From the human T2T-CHM13v2.0 reference genome, Homo sapiens, in the NCBI RefSeq assembly GCF_009914755.1, contig NC_060933.1: DNA of 64,000 bases. One strand, given 5' to 3'. Below the pieces are notes generated by a model that was not told where the DNA came from, searched no databases, and saw only the letters and a program-made list of their open reading frames with translations. The translations under genes were made by a program, and so were the position numbers. The first letter of the stretch is position 1, and every line of letters starts with the position of its first letter. Below are positions 36,669-53,709 of this stretch, one piece after another.

Positions 36669-37477
36669 ACAGGTGTTTAATATATATCAGAGGTTATATA
36701 GCTTCGATTGGCTACTTTTGGAAAAGAAAATAGGCTGAAAGAAAGAACAGTAATAACAAATACATAGTAATAAGTATACTAATTTATTTTTGCATCCATT
36801 TCATTGTTATGATGGTTTCAATGGATTACAGATTTCAGTTGTCTCATTGTTAATTTGTATTCATTTAAAATACGAAATCTTCCTGTAATTTATTTGTATG
36901 GTTTCTTGTTGTTTTCGTGAGTTAATGGGTTTCTTATTTGCACCTGACTTAATTTCCATATAGATTTTGGGGGACCTAATAAGCTAACTGGAGAAGAGAG
37001 AGAAGCAATGCTGCAGTCTCTATCTGACTTTCAGTTTGTTTGGGTTGCCAAAACTGTCCAGGGCCACTCTTGTTTCATAGCTGGTTTAATTAAATGGTAC
37101 ACCAAAATCTGATGCCTGGAAAAAATAAGTGTATTTTTAACATAGAAACTGAATGAAGAAAACTAGATCCCAATTAATTTCACGAGTTTATAGAAATACT
37201 AATAAGCAGAAAAATATTTAATCTAGTTTACTTACCTGAGTGATCACAATAAGTACAAATTGAAAATGCCATGTTTTCATCATTAATTAATATTTTGTAA
37301 CATATTTCATGTTGTGGGTTTTCACTTGGCTTTCGCTAGTTCAGCTCTGTGGATAAATCACTGTTTATAGCTGCATATTTTACTCGAAGCCCTACAATTT
37401 GTCTTAATTGTGAACTCAGTTTATTTGCAGATAACTGATCAAATACCTCTAGAGTAAGGCTCTCCATTCACTTTTAT

Positions 37478-37605
37478 TTTCTTTAATAAATGTATATTTA
37501 AAATAGAAATATATGATCATTGTAATAAGTTAGATAAAATCTTTCTTTAATAAATGCATATTTAGAATAGAAATATATGATCATTGTAATAAATTAGATA
37601 AAATC
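37478..37605. repeat. 64-bp tandem duplication (2 copies, 3 mismatches)
   Basis: tttctttaataaatg...ttagataaaatc occurs at 37478-37541 and 37542-37605. Confidence 0.9.
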
Positions 37606-38404
37606 AACATTAAGGAATAAAATTATTCTCATCCACCTCTCCCTTCCAATTACTGACCTCCTTCTCCTGCCCCTGTGACAAGTAATTTCTGACAGCAGCC
37701 CAGTATGTAACCTTCTACAGTCATATAAACTCTTACCAACGTATATGCACATACAGCAGTCTTTGTTTACACATTTGGGTTTTTATAAACACAACTGGAA
37801 TAATCTAATGCAAATTATTCAAATTTCATTTGTCTTTTAAGAGTATAATATGAACATTCTTCCAGTTCAAAACAGCTAGCTTTAACTCATTCTTTTCTTT
37901 CTTTTTTTTAGAAACACTTTTATATTTAACAGCAACCATTCCCCAATGATGAATGTTCAAGATGCTTCCAGTGTTTTAGCCACTTCAAATAATACTGCAA
38001 AAATCACCTTCAAAGAACACTGAAAAACCATTTTTATACATACATCTCTTTTGGATTCCTTTTTTCTAAATTGTTTTGTCATATATTTTGTCCATTATTT
38101 TGGTTTTTTTCCCCTCCAATTATTACTTTGCACTAATTATTTGTATAATGAAGATATTTACAATGTGTCTGTCATATACATTTCATTTTTCCTCAGTATA
38201 TTTATTGGTTAGCTTTTGGCATTTTAAAATTACATCTTCATCCAGACAATTTTTAAAAATTGTTTACATATTCAAATGTATCTTCTCTTTTATGCTTTCT
38301 GTGTTTCTTGCTTAATATAAAAATATAGATAAATAGATGGATGGATAGAGGTAGATGGATGAATACACATTTATGCTGCTGAAGCACAGAATATTTTTGG
38401 AAGG

Positions 38405-38828
38405 TACTATGGATTGAATGTTTGTGTCTCCTTCTAATTCATGTGTTGATCCTCTCATCCCCAATATAATCATATTGGGAGGTAGGACCTTTGGGAAGTA
38501 ATTAGGGTTAGATTAGGTCAAGAGGGTGAGGCCCTTATGATGGGATTAATAGCACACCAACATGGCACAGGTATACATATGTAACAAACCTGCACATTGT
38601 GCACATGTACCCTAAAACTTAAAGTATAACAATAATAATAATAAAGGAGAGATATAAAATTTCTCTCCCTTGGGATAAAACCAAGTAGAAGGCCCTCACC
38701 AGACACTGAACCTGCTGGCACCTTGATCTTGGACTTCTCAGCCTCCAACTGTGAGAAATAAATGTCTGTTTTCAACATATCACCTGGTCTGTGGTATTTT
38801 TTTATAGCAGCCCAAACTGAAATAGACC
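38405..38828 (+). mobile_element. MLT1A/MST-type MaLR solo LTR
   Basis: TACTATGGATTGAATGTTTGTGTC start; GGCACCTTGATCTTGGACTTCTCAGCCTCC...GAGAAATAAATG...TATAGCAGCCCAAACTG end. Confidence 0.85.
38551..38645 (+). mobile_element. ~95-bp 3' tip of a young L1PA (PA3-PA5-like) inside the MLT1A
   Basis: AGCACACCAACATGGCAC...GTACCCTAAAACTTAAAGTATAA followed by a (AAT)n tail. Confidence 0.9.
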
Positions 38829-38949
38829 AAAAAACACACTGGAATTTGGAATCAGTGGTTGTTCTGAGGAGAGAAACTAGAAGGAAGCTAATTGTCCCTG
38901 TATGCCTCCTTTTGCCATGTGAATTCCTAGCATACTTAAATTATGTTAT

Positions 38950-39190
38950 ATAATGGCAAAGGGCATAATCTCCGAAGCCAGAGTTCAAATCTCTGGCTCT
39001 GGTTCAAATCTCTGTTCTGATACTTACTAGCTATGGGACATTGATCAGCATCCGTTTGTCTTCATATCTTTGTAAAATGGATTTAATAATAGTGTGAACA
39101 TTAGAATGTTGTTATTAGTACTGAAATAAATATATGTAAAGCACTTAAAATATCAAGAGCCGTATTATAAGCACTATCATATTAGCTTTT
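38950..39190 (+). mobile_element. MIR
   Basis: Contains GGTTCAAATCTCTG...ACTTACTAGCTATG...TGTAAAATGG...ATGTAAAGCACTTA. Confidence 0.75.
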
Positions 39191-40921
39191 TTTATCTCAA
39201 TACATTTTTAAATGACTATTAAACTGAGAATAAAGACATAGCTAGATGTGAAAAATATGTTTTTAGTTGTGTTTTTATATATTAATTATATGGATTATGT
39301 GTAGGTGTATGAGAAATTCTAGAGCACAGTGAATTCTAACCAAACATAAGGCACCCAAAAAGAGGTATAACACTTATCAGAAAAACAACAGAGCTAGCAA
39401 GACACACAACAAACAACAACACAAATTTTAGAGGCAGGTTCATAACTGTGCATTTAAACATAAAAAATCTCCAAGATATATTGTTTTAATGAAAAGAAAG
39501 ATGTTGAAAAGTGTGTATAATGTGCTACAATTTGTATAAAATATGTATTCTTTTGTTTATTGTCTATAGAAATTGCAAATATTTATTTTATGTCTTAACT
39601 TTATTTCTCTTAATGATAACTGTGAACCAAGAGAGTAGTTAATTTTCATATAGTGCAATTTATTAATATTTCCTTTTGTTATTAATGCTTTTGGTGTCCT
39701 GTTTGAGAAATCCTGCTTTAATCTTCAAATAATGAAGATCGTGTCTTGTATTATCTTCTAACAGGTATAGATTAGCTTTTCACATCCACTTGAAATTGAT
39801 CCCTTTACGAATGGTGTGAGGCAGATGCCCAGTTAACATTTTCCCCTGAAGATACAAAATTTTCCTGATATCACTTATTAAAACATTTTTCTTGCTCCAC
39901 TGCTCTGTAATATCAGGTTGTTATAATCAAGTGTCCATAATGTTTTTATATTTTGGGGCTCCCTATTCTGCTGCAAAGATTTATTTATCTATCCATATGC
40001 TAATACCACATTCTTAATTTTATATCATTATAGTAATTCTTAATTAATATTAGATAAAGGAAACCTCACACCCTACTCTTCTTTTAGAGATCTGCAATAT
40101 TATTGCTATTTTGTATATCCAATAAATCATGAAATTAGTTTGTAAATTTACAAAAATAAAACTGTGAAGATTTCAATTGAGATTATAGTGACTATATACT
40201 TTAATTATGGGAACATCTTTATAAAACTGATGTATTTACTTAGCTGTTATTTGTCTCAATAAAACTTATAAATTTATCCTAAAACATCAGTGCTTATTTT
40301 TGCTATATTTGTTATCAGTAATTTTTTAAACTATTGTAAATTGTATCTTTTGAAATTGTATTGTCTAGTTTTTAATAATATACATAATATAATTGACTTA
40401 CGTGTTTTTAGACATTCTAATAATTTGTCAATACATTTTATTTTTTTTACTTACACAATTATAGCATTTTGCTCAGTATATTTTCATTTTTTCCTTTTTT
40501 TCCACTCTGCAAATCCTTTATTTCTTTTTTATGTCTTACTAGACTAGTTATATTCAATGCTCAATAGAAGTTTTCTTGTGTGTTTTTGTTTTAATAGTGG
40601 ATATCTTTTTCTCTGAAGAAAAGCTTTAAACACTGCACTATTAAGTTTAATCATTATTCTAACCTTACAGATATAACCTTTATCAGGTTAAGGCTTTATT
40701 TCCCTTTTATTATCAGTTCCCTAAGACTTTTAACAATGAATGTTGAGTTTTATCAAATGCTGTACAGCATAGACTAATGTGGTCATATTATTTTTTTTTT
40801 CTTGCAATCTGTTAATGGGGTGAACTACAATAACTAAGTTTCTAATGTTAAATTAACTTTGCTGTCTTGGAATAAATCCAACTAAGTGATGATAAATAGG
40901 GACAAATATGGAGATAAAGAC

Positions 40922-41371
40922 TGTAAAGCAATAAAATTTCAACAATTTGGTTTAAAGATCTAATTGGCTTCTATTCCAGGAGCATGAATCAGGGCAGCAT
41001 CTCATCTAAAAATTTAGATAAGGTACTCTGATGGGCATGACAGAGCAGTAGGTTTTTATAAGGTAGCTTGAGCAGAAATGAGGAAACAGCAGAATATAAA
41101 AAGTGAATTTGTTAACATCTAAGTACTTAAAGTTTATTTCCTTGTAAGGGTTAAAACAGAGTGAACTTCCTCATCATGCCAGCTAAAACCGGCTGATTTG
41201 GAAATTTGGCAATCAGGTCTATCCTGATTTCTTAGAAGGCTGGATAAACAACTTAGCTTCAGTTCGGAGACATGAAACTTTAGCATGAGTCACTCCATTT
41301 TGTTTTGGCCTATTGGGGCCTACTGCGCGAGCTCAGTTCAAATTATGGTGTCCCATAAATTTTACTTGAAA
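40922..41371 (-). mobile_element. MER31/MER67-family ERV1 solo LTR
   Basis: TTAGCATGAGTCACTCCATTTTG...GGGGCCTA...GAGCTCAG...CCCATAAATTTTA is the antisense of the recalled MER31/67 start. Approximate 4-bp TSD agac/agat. Confidence 0.72.
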
Positions 41372-41724
41372 AGATAGAAAGTTATATAATCACTGGATTC
41401 AATTTGCTAATATTTTATTTAGGATTTTTATATCCATGTCAGTAAATAAAGTTGTCATGTAATATTTTTTTCACAATTTGTCTTATGATTTGGTAACCCA
41501 ATTATGCTATCCTCCATACTATTAGTAGGAGAATATAACTTATTTTTGTTGTTGTTTGTTGGAAGAGTTTGTATAGCTGAGAATTTTTGTTTCATTTAAT
41601 ATCTATTTTAACTCTCTAGTGAAACCATGTGAGCCTAGGATTTTCGTTGTGGATTATGGAAAGGTTTTAAATTATTTTCTCAATTTCTTTAATGGTGACA
41701 GTTTTATTCAGTTTTTTAAAAATA

Positions 41725-41984
<260 letters not shown>

Positions 41985-42554
41985 TTTTTTTTCTTAGAAA
42001 CATTTTGGGAATTTGCCCAGTTTATCTAGATTTTCAAAATATATATGTGATAAAGTTGTTTCTAAAATTTTCTTTTAATTTTTTACTGTCTCTAGTTTCT
42101 GTAGTGATAACACTTTTTCTTGACACTGGTTATTTATGTCTTGTTTCTTTTTTATTAATCTATCTTACCAGATTTTTTCAACATTTGAATCATTTTCACA
42201 TTGTGTTTCTTTTACTGTATTTTTCTTTTTTCTTTAAGAAATTTATCTTATCTTTATTATATTCTCTTTTCCACTCTTGGGGCTTTATTCTGCTGTTTAT
42301 TCTCTAATTTCCTAAAATAGATATTCAATTATTAAATTTCTGTCAGTTTTCCCTTTTACTATACATAGTTGAATATATGTTTTCCTTAGAAAACATTTCA
42401 GCTACATACCACCAATTTTGATATGTAGTATTTTCATCACCTATTACTTAAAAGTATTTTCCAATTAATCTATAATATCTTTCCTATTTCTGTGATTTTG
42501 AATAGATGTAAGTTAGTCCTTCTATTCTGAAAGTTTTGTATCTCTATTATATTT

Positions 42555-42902
42555 AGTCATTTCTTGGTATCCTGAAGGAATTGGTTCCAGAACCGCTGCC
42601 TCAAGAATACGAAAATCTGAGGATGCTCATTTCCTTTATATAAAATGACATACTATTTGCATATAACTTATGCATAGCTTCCCATATATTTTAACTCATC
42701 TCTAGAATATTTATAATACCTAATACAGTGTAAATGCTATATAAATAGTTTTTATACCATATTTTTTAGGGAACAAGAAGAAGAAAAGAAAAATCTGTAA
42801 ATGTTCACTACAGATGCAACAGTACAATTCTTTTTTCAAAATATTTCATCCGCGGTTGCTGAAACCATGTGTGTGGAACCCACATGTATGACAAACCAAT
42901 TA
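42555..42902. mobile_element. MER2 (TcMar-Tigger non-autonomous DNA transposon)
   Basis: Contains GGTATCC...TTGGTTCCAG...AAAATCTGAGGATGCTCA...ATTTGCATATAAC...ATCCGCGGTTG...GGAACCCAC. Confidence 0.8.
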
Positions 42903-43420
42903 CAAATATATTGTTAAATTTCTCTTTACTGTATGTCTTATGTTCTAATTTCTATTTATTCTCTCTTCTGTTGGGCTAGGCAGCTAGCTGCATATCATAT
43001 CCATTGAATTTTAAGTTTCAGATATGATCATCTTCATTTCTAGAAGTTTTAAATTTTTATCAAAAAATCTGTCCCGTTTTATAGATTCCTGTTCTGTATA
43101 GATGCTTTCACATTTTTAGATCATTTCTTTAAACATATTAACCAATATTTTTATAATCTAGATTAGATAATTCTAATATCTGGAGTCTGAGATGGCCTAT
43201 CAGTCTGTTTATGTTTTCACTGGTTCTTGTTCATGGAATGTGTTTCCCTAACATGTCTGGTTAACTTTATGAGCAGATTTATGCACTTAAAAATTATTTT
43301 AGAATGCTTATTCCCCCACCCTGCCCAAAAAGGAGCACAGACATTTGTTTCTTTCAGGAAACTGAAGCCAGGTTCATGGCTTGAGGTTGCCTAGACCACC
43401 ATGGCTTATGTAGCAAACTT

Positions 43421-45845
<2,425 letters not shown>

Positions 45846-46417
45846 AAAGAACCTATCTGTAGCCACAGATTCTCAGTGATGTTTTGTTGTACTTTTTCCT
45901 ACCCACAACCTTTGTTCTGATCAGGACCAAGGTGATCTTTCCCACAACCCAGAGTTGACAGGAGAAAAAAAAAGACACATAGATTTTGGCATTCTCTTAC
46001 CCTGAGTGTGTGTCCTTTTTTAACCACAGTGTAAAATGTAAAGACAGTCTTCAGAAAGACTCCCCACTGGACAGGCTCTGGTCCCTGGCTCCTATCCCCT
46101 TTAATACGGCTGGAAAATTCATTTAGGTAACAGCAACTTTTGTGCTTAGATATTTGCTTACCTCTCCAGCATTCAGGCTTTCAGGGTTCACACTTTCCTC
46201 CAGAATGTTTTTCTGGAAATTCATCAATTTCTTGCAATACTTTTAATGTTTTTAAGGTAATGTTTTAAGTATTTAATCTTTAAGTGTTTAATCTATAATA
46301 TTATCATATCAGCTGGAAATTTTATCCAAATAACCAGTCTCACCATTATCTAAAATATCTTGTTCCTGACTTGAATAGCAATGATCCAGTGCTTTGAGGG
46401 TGAGCTTGATGCTGGAT

Positions 46418-46440
46418 ACACACACACACACACACACACA
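46418..46440. repeat. (CA)n microsatellite
   Basis: About 11 CA units. Confidence 0.9.
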
Positions 46441-46499
46441 GTCATTAAATGTCTACTCATTCATATTTTATTCAATGTTTTTATGAAGAATAAATATCA

Positions 46500-46796
<297 letters not shown>

Positions 46797-46891
46797 TTAA
46801 TTGAAATCTTTTCAGTGTTTATGAAAATAGCATAGAGTCCAACTTCTTTGATTTATTCTTCTGCTTAATCATAATAATGGATTTCATTTTA

Positions 46892-47922
46892 CAGTCATGC
46901 ATCACTTAATGATGACAATACGTTGTGACAAATTCATCCTTAAGTGACTTTGTCATCATGCAAATATCAAGAGTGTGTTTACACAAACCTAGATGATATG
47001 GCCTACTACACACCTAGGTGATAAGGTGTAGCTATTGCTTCTAGTCTACAAAGCTGTACATCATGTTACTGTACTGAATACTGCAAGCAATTGTAACATG
47101 ATGGCAAGTATTTGTGTTTTTAAACATATCTAAACATGAAAAAGGTATAGTAAAAATATAATAGAAAAGACAAAAAATGGTACACCTGTATAGGGCACTG
47201 ACCATAAATGGAGCTTATAGAACTGGAAGTTTCTCTGTGTGCCTCAGTAAGTGAGTGGTGAGCGAATGTGAAGGCTTAAGGCGTTACTGTTGTACTGTAG
47301 ACTTTATAAAACACTGTACACCTAGGACACACTAAATTTATGTAAAAATCTTATTTTTCTTCAATAATAAATTAACTTTAGTTTACTGTAATTTTTTATC
47401 TTTAAAAGCTTTTTAATTTTTAAATGTTTTGACTCTTGTAATAATGTTTAGCTTAAAAACATAAAGACATTGTACAGCTGTATGAAACTATTTTCTTTAT
47501 ATCCTCATTCTACAAGCTTTTTATTATTCTTAAATTTTGGGGTTTTCTTTAACTTTTTAAACTGTTGTTTAAGAAAACTAAGACATGAACACACACATTA
47601 GCCTAGGCCTACACAGGGTTAGGATCATCAATATCACTGTCTTCTACCTCCACATCTTGTCCCAGGTCTTCAGGGGCAATAACATGTGTGGAGCTGTCAT
47701 CTCCTACGATAACAAGGCCTTCTTCTGAAAAACTTCCTGAAGGATCTGCTTGTGGCCATTTTATAGTTAACTTTTCTTAATAAGTAGAAGCATATACTCA
47801 AAAATGACAATAAAAAGTATAATATACTAAATACTAGGCAATAGGAATTTTTCAGCTCGATTAGAATCTTATGGGATCACCATCATATATGTGGTCCATC
47901 ACTGACCAAAACATAGTGATTG
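46892..47922. mobile_element. Tigger3 (Golem) non-autonomous DNA transposon, Tigger3b-like
   Basis: TA|CAGTCATGCATCACTTAATG left TIR and a degenerate ...TGATTG|TA right end, with internal ACACAAACCTAGATG...CTACTACACACCTAGG. Confidence 0.85.
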
Positions 47923-49945
47923 TATTTATCCACCTTTGAATCATTGCAATGAATCTCGTATGTTCATGTGCTAACATTTCATTTGCATTCCTGCGTTAAC
48001 TTTCATAAGTGGGATTGGCCTGTAACTTTTATTATCCTGTTGCAGTTTTAAGATTGACCTCATAAACAGGTGTAAAAAGAAAAAACAAATATTTTCAGTC
48101 TTACTTATTCTCTACGTACTGGGAAACCTGAAATAACATTAGAGTTTTCTATTTGTTAATGATCTTCTAGAATTCACCTGTTTAACTCTGTGGTTCAATG
48201 CTTTTTTGGAAGAGGTGGCCCTTTGAAAACTCTATCATTTTGTTCAATGTTAGTGTGATTTGCTTTGATTTTGTGTTTCAAGATTAGCTTGGGTAAATTA
48301 ACCTATCATCATCATTTTCAGTTTCTTTTATCATTAATTTTGTTGTTTTTTTAAAAAACAATTTGCATAGAACCAAAATGTTATCTTATCCCATGTTCAT
48401 CATTTCTTAAAACTTTTTACTATCTTTATGCCATAAAGCAGTCATGAGTATCACCTGCATCGGGTAAGTATTTGTCTGTGATTTTGAGAAAGAACTTCTC
48501 CCTTGTCAAGGCCACCCAGGCTTAGAAAATCTGGCACCTTTCCTGACTGCTGACCAGGTACAAGAAATTGGTACAAAACAGCCTTATCCCATTCCCCAGT
48601 GTGTAGGGAGTGGTAAGCAGAGAGCACATCAGTTTCTCAGGGGCATCATCCCTTAGCCAAATCTAACCTGAGGCCTGCCTGAAATCTACTTTCGAAGTCC
48701 TCTTTAATAATTTTAACCTTGAATTCTGCTTTGTCTGAATTCTTTCCTTCTTTCCTTTCTTGCTTCCTTTTTACTTTTGCATTTGCCTGTTACAAATTTA
48801 TCAGTCTTTAAATATTTTGACTTTTCTTTGCCATGTTATTTTTACATCTTTCTTAAAAACAATGAAATATTAAATTTCTTTGTTTTCTACGCTTCTGATT
48901 ATTTGATATAGAAATATATTCAAATTTGTTGAGATAATTAACATGCCAGTTATTTAATGTATCTTATTTACTATTTTTTAAATTTATGTACTATTTAACA
49001 CATTTTATTGTTATTTTCTTTTCTTTACCTGTTATTAATTTTGCCAGCTTAGTCAACTTTCTCTTCCATTTCCTCTCCATCCTTTTTCTTCCTGTTAATT
49101 TACAATACTTCTATGCATTTTGATTTTACTAACAGCCATAATTAAGCCTGTATTACTCCATTATTTTATCAAAATTAAATAATGACTATAGTCTTTCTCT
49201 AATATCTTTCGCATACACTTCCTATCTCTCATCATTTTACTGAGCCTAAGCCCTTTACAATCTAGATTTCCCATTAGCAGAGCAGTCTGATATCGCAAGA
49301 AAAGACACCCCCTCACTTTCCAAGACATGTAAATGCTATAGAATAAAATAACTAATTCTAAAAAATACCTAGAAAATGTTGATGTAAAGGAAGGTACCAG
49401 AAATGAAGCAAAAACACAAAATCAGATTCTTTTGTTTGGCAAAACCCAGGAGCTCATGACAATATAGAAACCGCTGGTAGCTCCTGGGGGCTAGGGTTTC
49501 CACACCCAGCTGTGGAGGCACAGCCAGGACACAGGATCCTTGTGCATGAGAAGCTGCAATCACAGAGCCAGGCCTGCCTCTGAAATAGGCAATTGAAAAC
49601 TCTACCTACCTGCTTGAAGAAGGGAGCTGAATGCTTCTTTCTCCTCAGGGACATGAATAAAAATAGATTCATCTGTTAGAAATTAGAAACCCAAGAAGAT
49701 CCCTGTACTGCAGAGCTTCACAAACTGGCTACAGACGACCTGGGGATCTCCCTAGAACTAAGGCCTTGATTCAGTCTAGCTCAAGATTCTGGATTTCCTC
49801 AGGGTCCCCACACTTGAGGTAGCAAGTGTGGGTCTGAGTGAACACTACTCTTAGGAAATGGGGACTCCAAGCCAAGGAACTATGATCAAAGCTAACCTGC
49901 AACTGGTGAAACCTTCAGAAGCCAATGTCATGTCATCCCATAGGG

Positions 49946-50270
49946 GAGCAGTTTCCAACCTTTTTGACACCAGGGAATGATTTCATGGAAGACAATTTTT
50001 CCAGGGATGAAAGGAGGGGAATGGCTTCAGGATGAAACTGTTCCACCCCAGATCAACGGGCATTAGATTATATAAGGAGCTCACAACCTAGATCCCTCAC
50101 ATGCACAGTTCACAACAGTGTTCAGGTGCTCCTATGAGAATCTAATGCCGCTGCTGATCTGGCAGGAGGTGGAGCTCAGGCCGTAATGCTGGCTCACCTG
50201 CGCTCACCTCCTGCTATGCGGCCCAGTTCCTAACAGTCCATAGATACAGCCCAGGGGTTGGGAGCCTCTG
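49946..50270 (+). mobile_element. MER1B (hAT-Charlie)
   Basis: Contains CCAACCTTTTTGACACCAGGGA...GGAAGACAATTTTTCCA...CAGGGGTTGGGAGCCTCTG. Imperfect 8-bp TSD ccataggg / ctgtaggc. Confidence 0.88.
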
Positions 50271-50503
50271 CTGTAGGCCACAAAGGATATCCATTGCAAA
50301 CGTCTTCCTCCTCCAAGTTGGATTCAGAGACAAAAATAACAAATCACAGTAAGAAACCAGTCAGCCAGCCTAACAAATGAAGAATGGATATTTCAAGAAC
50401 TTGGATAACAGAACAAACTGAAGGATATTTTATAAAAAGTATTTTAAAATTTAGAGAACTGAAGGAAGAAATAGAAATTTAAGGCAAGTAAAAAGATATG
50501 TCA

Positions 50504-50878
<375 letters not shown>

Positions 50879-51701
50879 TCATTGAGAATATGCAGGCTTC
50901 ATCTGTGGACTTTACATATTGATTCAAGCAAATCAAATATAAAATTACATTAATGAAATAATCAAGGAATTTTAACAGACTGATTAAGGACTTGTTCATT
51001 TTAAGTATGAGAATGGTATTGTGCATGTCCTTTTTTAAGAGAGGTCTTAGAAAATTCAAAATATATTTTGAAATATTTCCAAACAAAAATTCTATGATTC
51101 TTGGGTTTGCTTTAAAATACCCTAGTGAGGGGGAAAAAGGAGGAATCCCACCCAAGGTCTTGAATCCAAGCTGAATTGTGTTTAGAAAGGAACCTGGAAC
51201 AGAGGTCATGAAAGACAGAGTGGAAGTGGGAAGGATGGATGTTCGTTTCTCTGGTTGGCAGTTAGTACTGCACAAAGGTGAAAGGGGGGCTGTGTAGATG
51301 AGAAAAACATGGAAACTTCATCAGAAAAGTAAATCCAGCACGGCAAGGAGTTAAGTCAATGAATTCAATAGGAAATATTGTCTATAACTGATGACAGCAT
51401 GGCACAAGGACAGCATGGTGACAAATTATGTTAAGACCAAGGCATGGGTACTAATAAACAAACCCGGAATCTTGTTTCCCCAAGTATTTTTCTCTGTGAA
51501 ATAGCATGGGCAGGTAATACGTATAGTGAAGAATGTGTTTTGTGAATGTACGTCACAAGATATAGTTGTCATTATTACAGTGAAAAGGCCTGGTAAGTCT
51601 TCAAAGAAGTCAGCTAATGGATATGTAAGTCCCCACATGCCACAGAGTCTTCTGTTCCACCATTTCGGCCAGGCCAACTGGTGAACCAAAGAAAGCTTGT
51701 A

Positions 51702-52500
51702 AGTCAATAAGCATACTTTTGGCTGGAAGTGACAGAATAGAAAACAAAACAAAACAATGATTAGTAGCTTGAATAATGAGTGCAATGATTATTTTATATA
51801 ACAAAGTATAAGGTAGGTTGCTGCAGGTTAGCCCGGCAGCATGACGCCACTAGGAATCTAGTGGTTTTCATTGTCTATGCTGCCATCCTCAGCAAATGCG
51901 TTTTACCCTCCATGTTCTCCTCTCATGGTCATCAAACAGCTACTGCCATTCCAAGCAACACATCCTCACTTCACAATATCAAAAAAATGAAAAAGTAGGA
52001 GAGGAATCAATTCTTCTCACGTCTCTCCCTTTTCATCAGAGAGAAAAATATTTCCCAGAAGCCCCTCAGACTACCCAGTAAGTATCTCAGATGGCTCTAC
52101 AGAAGTCCTTATACATCCATCTCTGTACAAGTCACTGGCAAAAGGGACTAGGATTAATTTGCTTGGCCCAGATCACACATTTCTCTTTTTTTTTTTTTAA
52201 CTTTAAGTTCCGGGATACAAGTGCAGAATGTATAGGTTTGTTACATAGGCATACATGTGGCATGGTGGTTTGCTGCACCTATCATCTAGCTTTTAAGCCC
52301 TGCATGCATTAGCTACTTGTCCTAATGCTCGCCCCTCCCCTTGCCTCCCACCCTTAGACTGGCCCCAGTGTGTGTTGTTCTCCTCCCCGTGTCCATGTCT
52401 GGGAACACATTTCTAATTCCAAGATCCCTTGACATAATTGGCATTCTGTTCAACAAGAGGGGCATAGCTATTGGTTAGGAAACCAACATTGTCTGCCCCT
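51702..52500 (-). mobile_element. MLT1J-like MaLR LTR with an L1PA insertion
   Basis: Contains TTGGCTGGAAGTGACAGAA...CTGCCATCCTCAGC...TTTCCCAGAAGCCCC...CTATTGGTTAGGAAACCAACA. Confidence 0.65.
52185..52404 (-). mobile_element. L1PA8-like 3' fragment
   Basis: polyT followed by AACTTTAAGTTCCGGGATACAAGTGCAG...AAGCCCTGCATGCATTAG. TSD acacatttct (52175-52184 / 52405-52414). Confidence 0.88.
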
Positions 52501-53316
52501 ATCTGATACTCATTTAAACATTTGCAATTTCTAATTTTCTCTGACAAGTCCATTTACCTGTCTAGGGTGAGGGTGAGATTGTTCTAGGGTGACAATGAGA
52601 ATAAAACCTTGGGTCTCTGTGATAGGGACATTTCTATCTGAGCCACAATGTGCCTTAAACCACCTCTTAAGTGAGATTTGCACATAATCGACTTATAGCG
52701 TATAAATGAAAAGAATGTCTCCAGGTGGATAGTGTCAGAAAAAATATTTTAAAAAAAGAAATAAAAAAGAATGTGCAAATTTTATATTGGTGAAGTGACA
52801 CAGACAAAATAGGAAATATATTATTTTAGAACATTTTTGGGACAAATGCCAAAGTATAAATGTGATACTGCTTAAATTTTGAAGAATTTTGTAATATATA
52901 CATATTATACAACTTCTTTTATCCTTCCAATGAGATAAATTTAAAAAAATGAATTTAGTAGAAGTATTTCAAGTTTTGACAGCAACCCGATAACTGTCCA
53001 AATTATAATGCTTGAGAGTTAATCTAACAAGAAATGAAATTCTGGTGACAAATCATGAGCATAATAAAGATAATCACTTTATTAAAGTAATGTGTCACAG
53101 TAGGTTTCCTGTCTTCTGCTCTCCACATGTAATCACAGGAAAGCGTAATATTCAGAAACTTTACAAAGTTGATTTAACAAGTCAAAGTTAGAGAAGTTTC
53201 AGTGCTTTTTTTCGTTTTTGTTTGTTTTTCAGAGAAAACTCATTTGAGAACTAGAATCTACTATTAAGAAAAAACAAAATGCTTTAAGCTAACTGCAGTG
53301 TCTACCTCCTTAAGAG

Positions 53317-53318
<2 letters not shown>

Positions 53319-53362
<44 letters not shown>
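53319..53362. repeat. (GT)22 microsatellite
   Basis: Uninterrupted GT run. Confidence 0.97.
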
Positions 53363-53367
<5 letters not shown>

Positions 53368-53709
53368 TTTTGCTCTGATCTGAGTCAGATGTTTCTTCTC
53401 AAAAGTCATGGAGCCTCAAAGGTAGAACAAGATTAAAATATCCTCAACATTGTCTATCCACTGCTTCAATAAAAATGCCAGAGAGTCCCCACTCCTTCTC
53501 AATTTGATAATCCTTATCCACAGAGAGATGATTAAGAACAATCATACAGTAAATGATTAAGAACAACCACTTGTTCTATCCCTCATGAACGCTGTATGAA
53601 TAAATAAAGGTAAAAATCCAAATTCCAGGCCTGACTTTGCTATATTGTCTTTTTTGAGTCTCATCACAAATTTAGAGTTGGCTAAATTTTCTTGCTTCGT
53701 TGAGGTATG

